This document shows positions 8,692 to 18,312 of a stretch of 64,000 nucleotides of DNA, piece after piece (position 1 is the first letter of the stretch; the number at the start of each line of letters is the position of its first letter). Origin of the DNA: Bordetella parapertussis (lineage in GTDB: Bacteria; Pseudomonadota; Gammaproteobacteria; Burkholderiales; SG8-41); contig CAMDRT010000010.1 of the NCBI GenBank assembly GCA_945906815.1, positions 4,849 through 68,848 of the forward strand, read 5' to 3'. Below the pieces are notes generated by a model. It was not told the DNA's origin. It did no database searches and worked only from the letters and a program-made list of their open reading frames with translations. The position numbers and the translations under genes were made by a program.

Positions 8692-10329
8692 TCAGTAGCG
8701 CGGGTCAAACATTTGCGATTGCACGTCCTGCGCCAGATCGGTGGGTCTGGCCTTGCCGGCGAGTCCGCGCCGGTAGGCGGTGTCGGCGATATCGGTAGCG
8801 ATGGCCGCTGAGACTTCGCGTATACGCGGTAGCGCTGGGTACAAACTGCCCTGCTCCAGGTCGGATTCCGTAACCAGATGCGCCAGCGTATGCGCCGAGG
8901 ACATGAACATCTCGTCGGTAATGGCGGTAGCGCCACAGGCGATAGCGCCCAGGCCCACGCCGGGAAAAATGTAGGAGTTGTTGCCTTGCCTCGGCACATA
9001 CGTCTTACCGTTGAACTCCACGGGATCGAACGGGCTACCGCAGGCAAACAGCGCGCGCCCGTGGGTCCAGCGGTAGGCCTCCTCGGCCGTACACTCGGCC
9101 TGGGAGGTCGGGTTGGAGAGCGCAAACACGATCGGTTGCTGATTGATGCGCGCCATTTCTTCGAGCACTTCGCGTGTGAAGGTGCCGCCAACCGCGGCTA
9201 CGCCGATGATCGCGGTCGGCTTGAGCGCCTTGATGGCGGATACAAAATCACCTACCGCTGGATAATCGTGGGCGTAGGTCACTTTGTGCTCGGCAAGAGT
9301 CGCGCGGCCGCTGACCACCAGCCCTTGCGAGTCAAACAGCCAGCAGTTGCGCAACGCCTGTTCGCGTAATAACCCTTGTGAAATCATCGCCGATACCAAC
9401 AGATCGGCGATGCCGGTCGCGGCCTCTCCCGCGCCCAGGAACAATATTTTCTGTTCAGTCAGCGGCGCGCCGGTGACGCGCAGCGCGGAAAATATGCCTG
9501 CCAGCGCAACCGCCGCGGTGCCCTGTATGTCATCGTTGAAGGTGCAGACGCGGTCACGATACTTTTTCAGGAGACGAAAGGCATTGTGATTGGCGAAGTC
9601 CTCGAACTGTATCATCACGCCGGGGAATACCTCCTGCGTGGCAACGATGAATTCCTCCAGAAAGTCGTCGTAGGCAGCGCCGGTGATGCGCCGCTGCCGC
9701 AGCCCGACGTAGTAGAGTTCGTTGCGCAGAGCGTCGTTGTTGGTGCCCACATCCAGCGTAATGGGCAGGCACAGCGACGGATGTATGCCGGCGCAGGCGG
9801 TGTACAAAGCCAGCTTGCCCACCGCTATGCCCATGCCGTTAGCACCCAGGTCGCCCAGGCCGAGTATGCGCTCGCCGTCGGTGACGACGATGATGCGCGC
9901 CTGATGCGGCCAGTTGCGCAGTATCTGCGCGATGTTGCCGCGGTCGTTGGCGCCGATGAAGAGCCCGCGCGGGCGCTCGAAAATCTGTCCGAAGCGCTGG
10001 CAAGCAAGGCCCACTGTCGGCGTGTAGACCAGCGGTTGCATTTCGTCGATGTGATCACACAGTACGCGAAAGTACAGCGACTCGTTGCGGTCGTGCAGCG
10101 AATTGAGTGCGACAAATTTGTCGAGCGGGTCGCTCAGCCTGCGCAGATTCTCCAGCACCCGTTGCACCTGTTCCGCCTGGCTCAGGACATGCGGCGGCAA
10201 CAGGCCGCGCAGCCCCAGCGCGTCACGTTCCTTTGCAGTAAAGCCGGTGCCTCGGTTAAGCAAGGGATCACGCAGTACGGCGAGCCCTTGCGGCGTGCCC
10301 GCAGGGGGACTGTTGGTGTCAGTAGACAT
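8692..10329 (-). CDS. maeA: NAD(P)-dependent malic enzyme
   Basis: 545 aa. LRDPLLNRGTGFT, VVTDGERILGLGDLG, FNDDIQGTAAV and LFLGAGEA motifs. Confidence 0.9.
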   Translation of the reverse strand: MSTDTNSPPAGTPQGLAVLRDPLLNRGTGFTAKERDALGLRGLLPPHVLSQAEQVQRVLENLRRLSDPLDKFVALNSLHDRNESLYFRVLCDHIDEMQPLVYTPTVGLACQRFGQIFERPRGLFIGANDRGNIAQILRNWPHQARIIVVTDGERILGLGDLGANGMGIAVGKLALYTACAGIHPSLCLPITLDVGTNNDALRNELYYVGLRQRRITGAAYDDFLEEFIVATQEVFPGVMIQFEDFANHNAFRLLKKYRDRVCTFNDDIQGTAAVALAGIFSALRVTGAPLTEQKILFLGAGEAATGIADLLVSAMISQGLLREQALRNCWLFDSQGLVVSGRATLAEHKVTYAHDYPAVGDFVSAIKALKPTAIIGVAAVGGTFTREVLEEMARINQQPIVFALSNPTSQAECTAEEAYRWTHGRALFACGSPFDPVEFNGKTYVPRQGNNSYIFPGVGLGAIACGATAITDEMFMSSAHTLAHLVTESDLEQGSLYPALPRIREVSAAIATDIADTAYRRGLAGKARPTDLAQDVQSQMFDPRY

Positions 10330-10492
10330 GAATTACTCCTTTAATGAGGGTATTGTGCGCCATAGCGTGCCTTTTGCGAAAGGGCTTTTAGTGCGCGCTT
10401 GCGCTGGGCGGGATGCCGCTACGCCGGACCCGCCCTGTAATCGTCAATGCCGAATCAGTTGCTGATCCTGTCAGCAGGCAGTGTGTGCTGCG

Positions 10493-11440
10493 TTACTTTA
10501 CCCCACCGGCATAGAGCTTCCGGATAAACCCGCTCTGCTCCAGTTCATCCACAAACGATGCATCCACAAAATCCGCTTCTTGCAGCTTTTGTGCGGCTGG
10601 ATATTTAGGGGCGAAAGTATCCCTGATCGACTGCATGCCCTCCACGCTCAAGGCCATGCGCGGTGCCTGCGCAAACAGCGGCAGGTAGTAGTGGTACTGG
10701 TCTGCCGCGAGTTTGCGGTCGCTGACCTTCAGAAAGCGCTGCAGCAGCGGGATATACACATCGGGCTGGGTCTTGAATGCGTGAACAGTCTCGATAAACC
10801 CTTGCGCCACGCGCATGACCAGTGCGCGGTTGGCGGCTATCCGTTTTCGCGTGGTGGCAAAAACCGACGGCACCGCCCCGCCAAACGCCAGGCCAAAAAT
10901 GTTCCAGCGATATTGCCGTTCGCCGGTAAAGCGCAAATGCAGGGGCAGCGGGCCGGCATCGATTTCGCCGGCAATCAGCGCCTGGTAAATATTGCCATAG
11001 CTGCCGAGGCCCACATAGGTCGCCGAGGCACCGGCCCGTTCTATGGTCAGGCGCGCATTGATGCCGGTTTGTCCGGAGGTGGCATCCGACAGTACACCGA
11101 TGCGTTTGCCGTCGAGCGCGGCCAGCGTTTTCAGCTCGTGCCGTAATGCGATACACAGATTGTCGTGCGGTAAGGCGTTTCTGAACAGCGCCACGACATC
11201 GCCGCCGCACAGAAAGTTCTCCACCACTGGCAGTGTGCCAGTCTGACAAAAATCCCAGTCCCCTCGCGCGAGGCCCGCCACTGCTTCGGGTCCGGTGGTT
11301 TCGATCACCGGGAAGCTCACCTCCAGCCCCTGTTTTTTGAATACGCCGCTTTCCATGCCACACCACGCCATGCTGTGGGTGGGCGCACGCAATGCGGTGG
11401 TCATGCGGACTTTCATTTCCATAGCACGCGCCGATTCCAT
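10493..11440 (-). CDS. NMT1/THI5-like (sulfonate/nitrate-type) substrate-binding-fold protein, no signal peptide seen
   Basis: 315 aa ORF with an SBP-like alternating pattern (GVFKKQGLEV...GEIDAG). Several in-frame ATGs make the start ambiguous. Confidence 0.5.
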   Translation of the reverse strand: MESARAMEMKVRMTTALRAPTHSMAWCGMESGVFKKQGLEVSFPVIETTGPEAVAGLARGDWDFCQTGTLPVVENFLCGGDVVALFRNALPHDNLCIALRHELKTLAALDGKRIGVLSDATSGQTGINARLTIERAGASATYVGLGSYGNIYQALIAGEIDAGPLPLHLRFTGERQYRWNIFGLAFGGAVPSVFATTRKRIAANRALVMRVAQGFIETVHAFKTQPDVYIPLLQRFLKVSDRKLAADQYHYYLPLFAQAPRMALSVEGMQSIRDTFAPKYPAAQKLQEADFVDASFVDELEQSGFIRKLYAGGVK

Positions 11441-11444
11441 AAGA

Positions 11445-12833
11445 TTACTTAATCAGTGACGCCCTCAACGCCGCACGATCAATCTCCTGACCCTGGATGA
11501 ACACCTGGGCGATACGCCGCGTGTTGCGTATGTCATCCAGCGGATTGGCGTCCAGCACCATAAAATCCGCGCGTTTGCCGGCCACCAGAGCGCCTGAATC
11601 CGCAAGCTGCAAATATTCCGCGCCACGGCTGGTCGCCGCAACGATCACCTGCATCGGCGTCATGCCTGCCGAAGCCATCAATTCAAGCTCGCGCTGCTCG
11701 GCATAGCCATGCAGATGATCGGGCAGCCCGGTGTCGCAGCCCAGAATGATGCGCGCGCCGGCGGCATTGAGCTTGCTCAAACTGCCATGCACACTGCGGT
11801 AATTGCGGCGCACGAGCTCCATCACCTTGGGATCGCGTGGCGAGAATAAACCCTTCATGCGCTCGATCACTTCCGGCGACGCCGTGTCGCGTAGCAACGC
11901 GCTCAGATGGGGATCGCTGTACCAGCCGGGCGTGGTGGTGTGTGTATTGCGTTCTCCGCCGCCCATGTTGGGCATCACATACACACCATTTTTGACCACC
12001 GACGCCACCAGCGCATCATCCATCACCTGATCACGCACCAGGTGCGCAAAACTATCCACGCCTGCCACTGCCAATGCAACCGCATCCTTGTGATAGAACA
12101 CATGCGCGCTGATGCGCAGTTTCAGCTTGTGCGCTTCGTCGGCTGCCGCACGCGATAACGCCGGCGACAGGCTAGGCGCGCGTCCGCCGCGATCATCGAC
12201 CCAGAGTTTGATGGCGTTGACTTTGCGTGCCGCCTGCTCGCGCACTGCGCGGCGGATTTCATCTTCGGTGCTGACTTCATAGGCAATGCCCTTGTACGCC
12301 ATGGCGCCCGGCCCGGCGTTGGGCGCGCCGATGCCGCGACCCGCCAGCATCAAACGTGCGCCGCCGATTTTGCCGGCCGCCTGCTCGTCGCGCAGTTCAA
12401 ATGCGAGGTCGCCGCGCTCGATGCCTTGCGACATCACCACCGACACCCCGTAATACAGCGCGAGGTTCAAATCATTGCGTATGATTTCGCGCGTGTAATT
12501 GCCTGCACCGTAACTCAAACCTTTTTGAAAACCGGGATGCACATGCGCGCTGATCAGCGTGGGCATTACCGTCTTTTGAGTAAGATCAATGCGCGTTGCA
12601 TGCGGCGGCGCGGACACCTCACCCTGGCGGCCGACGCGCGTGATCACGCCGCTTTGCACGGTGAACGCTGAGGATTCAATGGCGGCGCTGCCATCGCCCC
12701 GTATCAAGCGCGCACCCTCATACAGCGTCACTGGCGATGCGGCTTCGGGTGTCGCGGCAGGCGGGCTGGCGCAGCCGCCATAAAGTGCTGCGGCCAAAAG
12801 CAGCATGGCTCTGGTGGCGAGTGATCGAAACAT
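11445..12833 (-). CDS. amidohydrolase family lipoprotein (COG1228-like)
   Basis: Lipobox LLLAAALYGGC, ISAHVHPG metal motif, 462 aa. Confidence 0.75.
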   Translation of the reverse strand: MFRSLATRAMLLLAAALYGGCASPPAATPEAASPVTLYEGARLIRGDGSAAIESSAFTVQSGVITRVGRQGEVSAPPHATRIDLTQKTVMPTLISAHVHPGFQKGLSYGAGNYTREIIRNDLNLALYYGVSVVMSQGIERGDLAFELRDEQAAGKIGGARLMLAGRGIGAPNAGPGAMAYKGIAYEVSTEDEIRRAVREQAARKVNAIKLWVDDRGGRAPSLSPALSRAAADEAHKLKLRISAHVFYHKDAVALAVAGVDSFAHLVRDQVMDDALVASVVKNGVYVMPNMGGGERNTHTTTPGWYSDPHLSALLRDTASPEVIERMKGLFSPRDPKVMELVRRNYRSVHGSLSKLNAAGARIILGCDTGLPDHLHGYAEQRELELMASAGMTPMQVIVAATSRGAEYLQLADSGALVAGKRADFMVLDANPLDDIRNTRRIAQVFIQGQEIDRAALRASLIK

Positions 12834-12962
12834 TTTTTGCGCCTTGCGGTGAACGGAATGGGGCTTAGTATAAGCGCTCGCTGCGCATGCACTGCGCGCC
12901 GCGTCGAGCCGGGGTGGCGCGCTAGCGATTTCGCGTCTATCTTGAGCGGTAAATAAATGTGT

Positions 12963-12983
12963 AATAAAAACAAATGCATACTC
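12963..12983 (-). promoter_or_regulatory. AT-rich box variant (16/21 identical)
   Basis: The minus strand reads GAGTATGCATTTGTTTTTATT, 130 nt upstream of the minus-strand amidohydrolase lipoprotein gene. Confidence 0.35.
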
Positions 12984-13056
12984 GGTTTCGCGTTTCGAGG
13001 ATTAGCGGTAGACTTGCGCGGCGCAGTATCCTCACCCACCTTTCCCGGAGAACAGC

Positions 13057-13350
13057 ATGGCAAAAGCCTATTGGATCGCATTCTATAAATCCGTCAAAAA
13101 TCCCGATCAATTCGCGGCCTATGCGAAAGTCGCACCTGCCGCGATTCAGGCGTCGGGTGGAAAATTTGTGGTGCGCGGCGCGCCTGCCAAAGTCTACGAA
13201 CTCGGCATTAACCAGCGCGTGGTGATGATCGAATTCGATAGTCTGGAAAAAGCCCTCGCCGCGCACGACACGCCCGCTTATCAGGAGGCGTTACGAATTT
13301 TGGGCGATGGGGTTGAGCGTGATCTACGTATCGTTGAAGCCATCGCCTAA
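13057..13350 (+). CDS. DUF1330 domain protein
   Basis: 97 aa. MAKAYWIAFYKSVKNPD..YAKVA...GGKF.VRG...E....RVV.IEF.S...A...Y.S..YQEA is the characteristic DUF1330 pattern. Confidence 0.8.
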   Translation: MAKAYWIAFYKSVKNPDQFAAYAKVAPAAIQASGGKFVVRGAPAKVYELGINQRVVMIEFDSLEKALAAHDTPAYQEALRILGDGVERDLRIVEAIA

Positions 13351-13396
13351 TACGCGTGATCATCAAACTTGCGCCTATCGTTACCGGAGTGAACAT

Positions 13397-14137
13397 TTGA
13401 CCACCACTATCCCTGCCGCCGCGCGCGCGGAACTCACGCCCACCGCCAAACTGCGAGCGGGCATCAATTTTCAAAACACGCTGCTGACGTCGCTCGGCCC
13501 GAATGGAGAACCCGGCGGCGTCGCGGTTGATTTGGTGCGCGAACTGGCGCGGCGGCTGGATGTGCCGCTGGAAATTCTGCATTACCAATCTGCCGGCGCT
13601 CTGGCGGATTCGGTGAATAGCGGCGCATGGGATGTCGCAGTACTCGCCGACGAACCCGCGCGCGCGAAAGAAATCGCGTTTGCCGGCGCCACCACCGAAA
13701 TCGAGGCAACCTATATGGTGCCTGCAGGCTCGCCGCTGCAAAAAATAGACGATGTGGACAGACCCGGCGTGCGCATCGCCCTGGGTGCGAAAAGCGCCTA
13801 CGATTTGTATCTCACCCGCACCATCCAGCACGCGCAGCTGGTGCCGATTGCGGGTTCGCCCGCCGCCTTTAAACACTTTGTCGCCGAGAAGCTCGAAGCG
13901 CTGGCCGGGCTGAAAACAGAATTGCTCAAATGTGCAGCGGAACTGCCAGGGTCACGCATACTCGATGGCCGCTTTACCGTGGTGCGGCACACTGCGGGAA
14001 CGCCGCGAGGCCGCGATGCGGGTGCGGCTTACCTGTGCGCGTTCGTCGAGGACGTCAAGGCCGAAGGGCTGGTGACGCAATGGATCGCGAACAGCGGTGT
14101 GCAAGGCTTGTCGGTGGCGCCCAAGGCGGGGCTATAA
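13397..14137 (+). CDS. family-3 solute-binding-domain protein (amino-acid ABC type fold), no signal peptide seen
   Basis: The ORF track frame starts at 13307. I prefer TTG 13397 to avoid overlapping DUF1330. Repeating SBP_bac_3-like pattern (LRAGINFQN...WDVAVLA...). Confidence 0.5.
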   Translation: MTTTIPAAARAELTPTAKLRAGINFQNTLLTSLGPNGEPGGVAVDLVRELARRLDVPLEILHYQSAGALADSVNSGAWDVAVLADEPARAKEIAFAGATTEIEATYMVPAGSPLQKIDDVDRPGVRIALGAKSAYDLYLTRTIQHAQLVPIAGSPAAFKHFVAEKLEALAGLKTELLKCAAELPGSRILDGRFTVVRHTAGTPRGRDAGAAYLCAFVEDVKAEGLVTQWIANSGVQGLSVAPKAGL

Positions 14138-14149
14138 GCGGGTATGTGG

Positions 14150-14166
14150 CGTGCGCCATGCGCACG
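14150..14166. repeat. second copy of the 17-nt palindrome CGTGCGCCATGCGCACG
   Basis: Identical 17-mer to 3455..3471, 13 nt after the stop of 13397..14137. Confidence 0.7.
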
Positions 14167-14272
14167 ATTTGTGGCCTGTGGCAAAACGCTGGCGCGCACA
14201 GCGACCCGATCCACCAGACACTCAGCACCCCATTGCGTGTTTTGATTAACGTTATCAGGGAGGACTGCCCAT

Positions 14273-15543
14273 ATGGATCGACGCACATTTAATACCGCAC
14301 TGGCGAGTGCGGCCGCAACGGCTGTGGCGGGCTGCGCCACTGGTGGTTTGGGTTCGGACAGTGGCCGCAGCGCGTTTTATCAGGCTGTCGGCGACCGCCT
14401 CACGCAGTTTGATGTGGATGTTGACGCCGCCACGTTGACGCCGCGCGGGTCATTAGTTTTTCCCTCCAATATTCAGTATGTGTGGCCCGGTCCAAAAAAC
14501 GCGTCGCGGCAAATTTTGTATGTCTCCAGCACCGACGCCGCATCCGGCAACGCACCCAATCCTGGCAAGGTGCATCGCCTCGCCGCTGCACGGGTGGATG
14601 CGAGCGGCGCATTGCAGATGCATGGCGAGCCGGCGGTGCTGCCGCAGCGCCCGATACACACCAGCGTGGACGCCACCGGCTCGTATGCGTTCAATGCCTA
14701 CAATAATCCCAGCAATCTCACCGTGCATCGCATCAACAGCGACGGAACCCTGGGCGCGCAGGTGCAGCAGACAGCCAAACTCGACCTGGGCATTTTCGCG
14801 CATCAGATACTGCCCACGCCTGCCAATCGTTCGGTCATTCTGGTCACCCGCGGCAACCGGCCCGAAGCCAAAAAAGCCGAAGATCCCGGCGCGCTGAAAA
14901 TCTACAACTTAAAGGATGGCCAGTTGTCGCCGTTAGCCAACCTGCCTGTCGGCGGTAAGGGCGGCTTGGGCTACGGCCCGCGCCATGTGATTTTCATCCG
15001 ACGCGCCCCTGGGTCTATGTCTGTGTGGAATCACAGAACGAGATGCATATGCACCACATGCAGGGCGATAGTCTCGCGCCGGAACCTGCGTTCAAAAAGA
15101 GTACCACCATTGGCAACTACGATATCCATTTCCCACAAGCCACCGGCGCGATACATGTGCATCCCAATGGCCGCACGGTTTACATATCGAACCGTGCCAA
15201 CGCCACCGTGGATTTTGGCGGCAAGCGGGTATTTCGCGGCGGCGAAAACAACATCGCGGTGTTTTCAATCAACCCGACCACCGGCGAACCGACGCTGCTA
15301 CAGCATATTGATCCGCAGAGCTATCACATCCGCACCTTCAGCATCGACCCCAGTGGCCGCCTGATGGTGGCTGCCAGCATCAACAGCCTAATGGTGCGCG
15401 ACGGCAACAACGTGCGCCAGGTGCCGGCAGCCATGACGGTGTTCCGTATTGGTGACGATGGGAAGCTCACTTTTGTGCGCAAATACGATGTTGATCTGGG
15501 TGGAAAACTTCAGTGGTGGACGGGGTTTGTGGGGCTGGCGTAA
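14273..15543 (+). pseudogene. frameshifted lactonase-family 7-bladed beta-propeller protein with Tat/lipoprotein signal
   Basis: ORFs 14273..15364 and 15025..15543 together are collinear with the paralogue at 15692..16876. One nucleotide is missing at about 14989 (CATGTG-ATTTTCATCCG versus CATGTCGATTATCATCCG in the paralogue). N-terminus MDRRTFNTALASAAATAVAGC. Confidence 0.8.
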
Positions 15544-15648
15544 CGACAATTTGAACAGCGCAGGCCATCCGTAGCGATGTGCGCACGAATCGCAGCCTCT
15601 GTTTACCGCAAGCGCAATCGCGCGCACAGCGCACTACGAGATGCAACA

Positions 15649-15669
15649 TTGTAACTATTTGTTTTTATT
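15649..15669 (+). promoter_or_regulatory. AT-rich 21-nt box TTGTAACTATTTGTTTTTATT, copy 1
   Basis: Identical to 60206..60226. Lies 23 nt upstream of the lactonase ATG. TTGTAA-N17-TATTTT reads as a possible sigma70 -35/-10. Confidence 0.5.
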
Positions 15670-15691
15670 TGTATTTTAACGGGGAATCATC

Positions 15692-16876
15692 ATGAGCAGC
15701 AATTCTGCAGCGCTGTACCAAAGCGTCGGTGACCAGCTCACGCATTTTGCGGTGGACATCGATGCCGCCACGCTGACGCGGCGCGCTTCCATCACGTTGC
15801 CCTCCAATGTGCAGTATGTGTGGCCGCATCCTTCCAAAAAATTTCTGACGGTTTCCACCAGTGACGCAGCGTCGGGCAACACGCCCAATCCCGGCAAGAT
15901 GCATCGTTTGTGCGCGGTGCGCATCGATGCACAGGGGGCGCTCGCGCTGCATGGTGAATCGCAGCCGCTGCCCTCGCGTCCGATACACCACTGTGTCGAC
16001 CGCAGTGGCCGCTATGCGCTGACGGCTTTCAATAACCCCAGCCATATCACCGTGCATCGCATCGAAGCCGACGGCACGGTGGGCGCACAGGTGCCACAAA
16101 CCTCACCGGTCGATGTCGGCATCTACGCGCATCAGGTCACGGTGACGCCCTCGAACCGCCTGGTGGTTTTCCCCGCACGTGGCAACGACGTGCGCCCCGA
16201 TAAGCCGGAAGATCCCGGCGCGATCAAGGTGTTCAATTTTACGGAGGGGCAGCTCACCCCCGCAGCCAATATTGTCGGTGGCAAAAACGGTTTTGACTAC
16301 CGTCCGCGTCATGTCGATTATCATCCGACGCGACCGTGGCTGTACGCCAACATCGAAAGCCAGAACGAGATGCACATGCACTGCATCAACGGTGACAGCA
16401 TCGCGCCCGAACCGGCTTTCATGAAAACCACACTGGCGGCTCCGCGCGATCCCAAAATGCACCAGACCACCAGTGCAATCCACGTGCATCCGAATGGTCA
16501 TTTCGTTTATACCGCCAATCGCGCGGACAGCACCGTCGAATGCGGCGGTAAAAAAGTTTTTGCCGGTGGCGAAAACAGCATCGCGGTGTTTGCCATCAAC
16601 CCGGATAGCGGCGAGCCCACGCTGATTCAAAGTATCGATCCGCAAACCCACCACGTGCGCACCCTCGGCATCGACCCCAGCGGGCGGCTGCTGGTATCGG
16701 CCAGCATCCGCGACATGTGGGTGAAAGTGAGCGACAGCGGCAGCGAGGTGCGTGTCGCGCCCGCCGCCATGAGCGTGTTCCGCATCGGCGACGACGGCAA
16801 GCTCACCTTTGTGCGCAAGTACGATACTGAACTGAACGGGAAGCTGCAGTGGTGGGCAGGGATGATGGCGCTGTAG
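15692..16876 (+). CDS. lactonase family protein (COG2706-like beta-propeller)
   Basis: 394 aa, paralogue of the preceding pseudogene (shared HVHPNG..VY..NR and FRIGDDGKLTFVRKYD motifs). No signal peptide. Confidence 0.7.
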   Translation: MSSNSAALYQSVGDQLTHFAVDIDAATLTRRASITLPSNVQYVWPHPSKKFLTVSTSDAASGNTPNPGKMHRLCAVRIDAQGALALHGESQPLPSRPIHHCVDRSGRYALTAFNNPSHITVHRIEADGTVGAQVPQTSPVDVGIYAHQVTVTPSNRLVVFPARGNDVRPDKPEDPGAIKVFNFTEGQLTPAANIVGGKNGFDYRPRHVDYHPTRPWLYANIESQNEMHMHCINGDSIAPEPAFMKTTLAAPRDPKMHQTTSAIHVHPNGHFVYTANRADSTVECGGKKVFAGGENSIAVFAINPDSGEPTLIQSIDPQTHHVRTLGIDPSGRLLVSASIRDMWVKVSDSGSEVRVAPAAMSVFRIGDDGKLTFVRKYDTELNGKLQWWAGMMAL

Positions 16877-16953
16877 CCCGCAAGTACTGGCCCGGCAATG
16901 CGCAAGTTCGCAGAGCCGACTACAAGTTCGGCCGCATAAAAAAGGTACGGTTC

Positions 16954-17940
16954 ATGATGGGCAACGCATATGGGATATCACTGACGGGTTTCCTTTCCTG
17001 CTTTGCGCTAATCGTGCCTGCACTTGGCGCATCGCATGTCCTCCCTATCATCGATGCCCACAGCCAGTTCGATGAGAGCGTGCCGGTTGCGCAGGTGATC
17101 GAGTACGCGGCCCGCGCTGGCGTGACCCAGGTCCTGCTGTCGGCACGGGGACGCGTGACGACGGCACAGGTTCTCGATCTGGGCTCGACGCACCCCGCCT
17201 GCGTCGTGCCGTCGGTGCGCACGAAAGGCCGTGCGTTCGACGAGAACCGGCCTGGGTACTACACACTGCTCGACGAGCAGTTCAGGGAGCCCGCGTTCAG
17301 GGCGATAAGCGAGATCACTCTCGTGCACGCGCCCAAGGGTAAGCGAGCGCCCGAGGTCAATGTGGCGGCGAACACGCCGCAAGTTAAGGAGGCAATAAAG
17401 CGCGCCATCGCAAAAGGCTGGCCGGTAGTATTGCACTACGAATTCCGCTGGCTCGCCAGCGCCTATGGCGCCAGTGTCCGCGCGAAGCGCATGGCCGAGC
17501 TCACATCGCTGCTCAGTCAGCATCCCGAGCATCGGTTTGCGCTGATCCACATGGCGCAACTCGATGCGAGTGATGCAGGCGCTCTGCTGGCGGCACACCC
17601 CAATCTGGTGTTTCTCACCTCGCATGCCAACACGCTGGTGGCCAACGAGAGCCGGCAGCTGTGGACCAACATGTTCGCCGACAGGGAACTTGCTCCTGAG
17701 TGGAAGGCCCTGCTACTGCAACACCCCGACCGCTTCGTGCTCGCGCTCGACAATGTCTGGCCCGAGCACTGGTCCGAGAAGTATGTGCAGCAGGTCGACC
17801 TCTGGCGTGAGGCGCTCGGCAAGCTGCCGGCCGAAGTCGCGCACGCCGTAGCCCACGGCAACGCTGAGCGTCTTTGGAAGCTGGCACCCGCGATGGTTGG
17901 CCAGGGCTGCGGGGCACTCAAGCACCCACCCAGCCAATAA
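16954..17940 (+). CDS. secreted amidohydrolase-like TIM-barrel protein
   Basis: ATG 16954. Signal peptide ...FALIVPALGAS, PIIDAHSQ, later His/Asp motifs (VVLHYEF, LIHMAQ, ALDNVWP). Confidence 0.55.
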   Translation: MMGNAYGISLTGFLSCFALIVPALGASHVLPIIDAHSQFDESVPVAQVIEYAARAGVTQVLLSARGRVTTAQVLDLGSTHPACVVPSVRTKGRAFDENRPGYYTLLDEQFREPAFRAISEITLVHAPKGKRAPEVNVAANTPQVKEAIKRAIAKGWPVVLHYEFRWLASAYGASVRAKRMAELTSLLSQHPEHRFALIHMAQLDASDAGALLAAHPNLVFLTSHANTLVANESRQLWTNMFADRELAPEWKALLLQHPDRFVLALDNVWPEHWSEKYVQQVDLWREALGKLPAEVAHAVAHGNAERLWKLAPAMVGQGCGALKHPPSQ

Positions 17941-18001
17941 ATGGGCGCTGATGTAACGGCTATCAAATGTTGGAAGTTCATGCAATGCAGGCTGGGCAGT
18001 T

Positions 18002-18028
18002 GTTGCGTGATGCGCAACACGGTATAAT
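18002..18028 (+). promoter_or_regulatory. candidate higBA promoter/operator
   Basis: Inverted repeat GTTGCG-TGATG-CGCAAC (18002-18018) next to a perfect TATAAT (18023-28), only 5 nt before the higB GTG. Confidence 0.35.
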
Positions 18029-18033
18029 GGCGC

Positions 18034-18312
18034 GTGATCAAGACATTCCTGCACAAGGGCCTAAGGAGGTTTTTCGAGTCGGGAAGTGTAGCCGGTATCC
18101 AGCCGCATCATGCCTCTCGCCTGCGCATGCAACTTGCGGCGTTGGATACCGCCCAAAAGATCGAGGATATGAACATTCCTGGCTATCGCCTTCATCCATT
18201 GAAGGGACGCGAAAAGGGTCGCTGGTCCATGTGGATCAATGGAAATTGGCGGCTGACCTTTGAATTCCGGGATGGAGATGCTTACGTTCTAGATTATGAG
18301 GATTATCATTGA
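18034..18312 (+). CDS. higB: HigB-type toxin (RelE/ParE superfamily)
   Basis: 92 aa. MIKTFLHKGLRRFFESGS..GI......RL...L..LD.A....DM..PGYRLH.LKG...G.WS is the classic HigB killer-protein pattern. GTG start. Confidence 0.85.
   Translation: MIKTFLHKGLRRFFESGSVAGIQPHHASRLRMQLAALDTAQKIEDMNIPGYRLHPLKGREKGRWSMWINGNWRLTFEFRDGDAYVLDYEDYH

Noticed and set aside
14984-14992. Programmed ribosomal frameshift in the lactonase paralogue
   Set aside because: There is no slippery X-XXY-YYZ heptamer or downstream structure at the shift. A simple 1-nt loss relative to the paralogue explains it.
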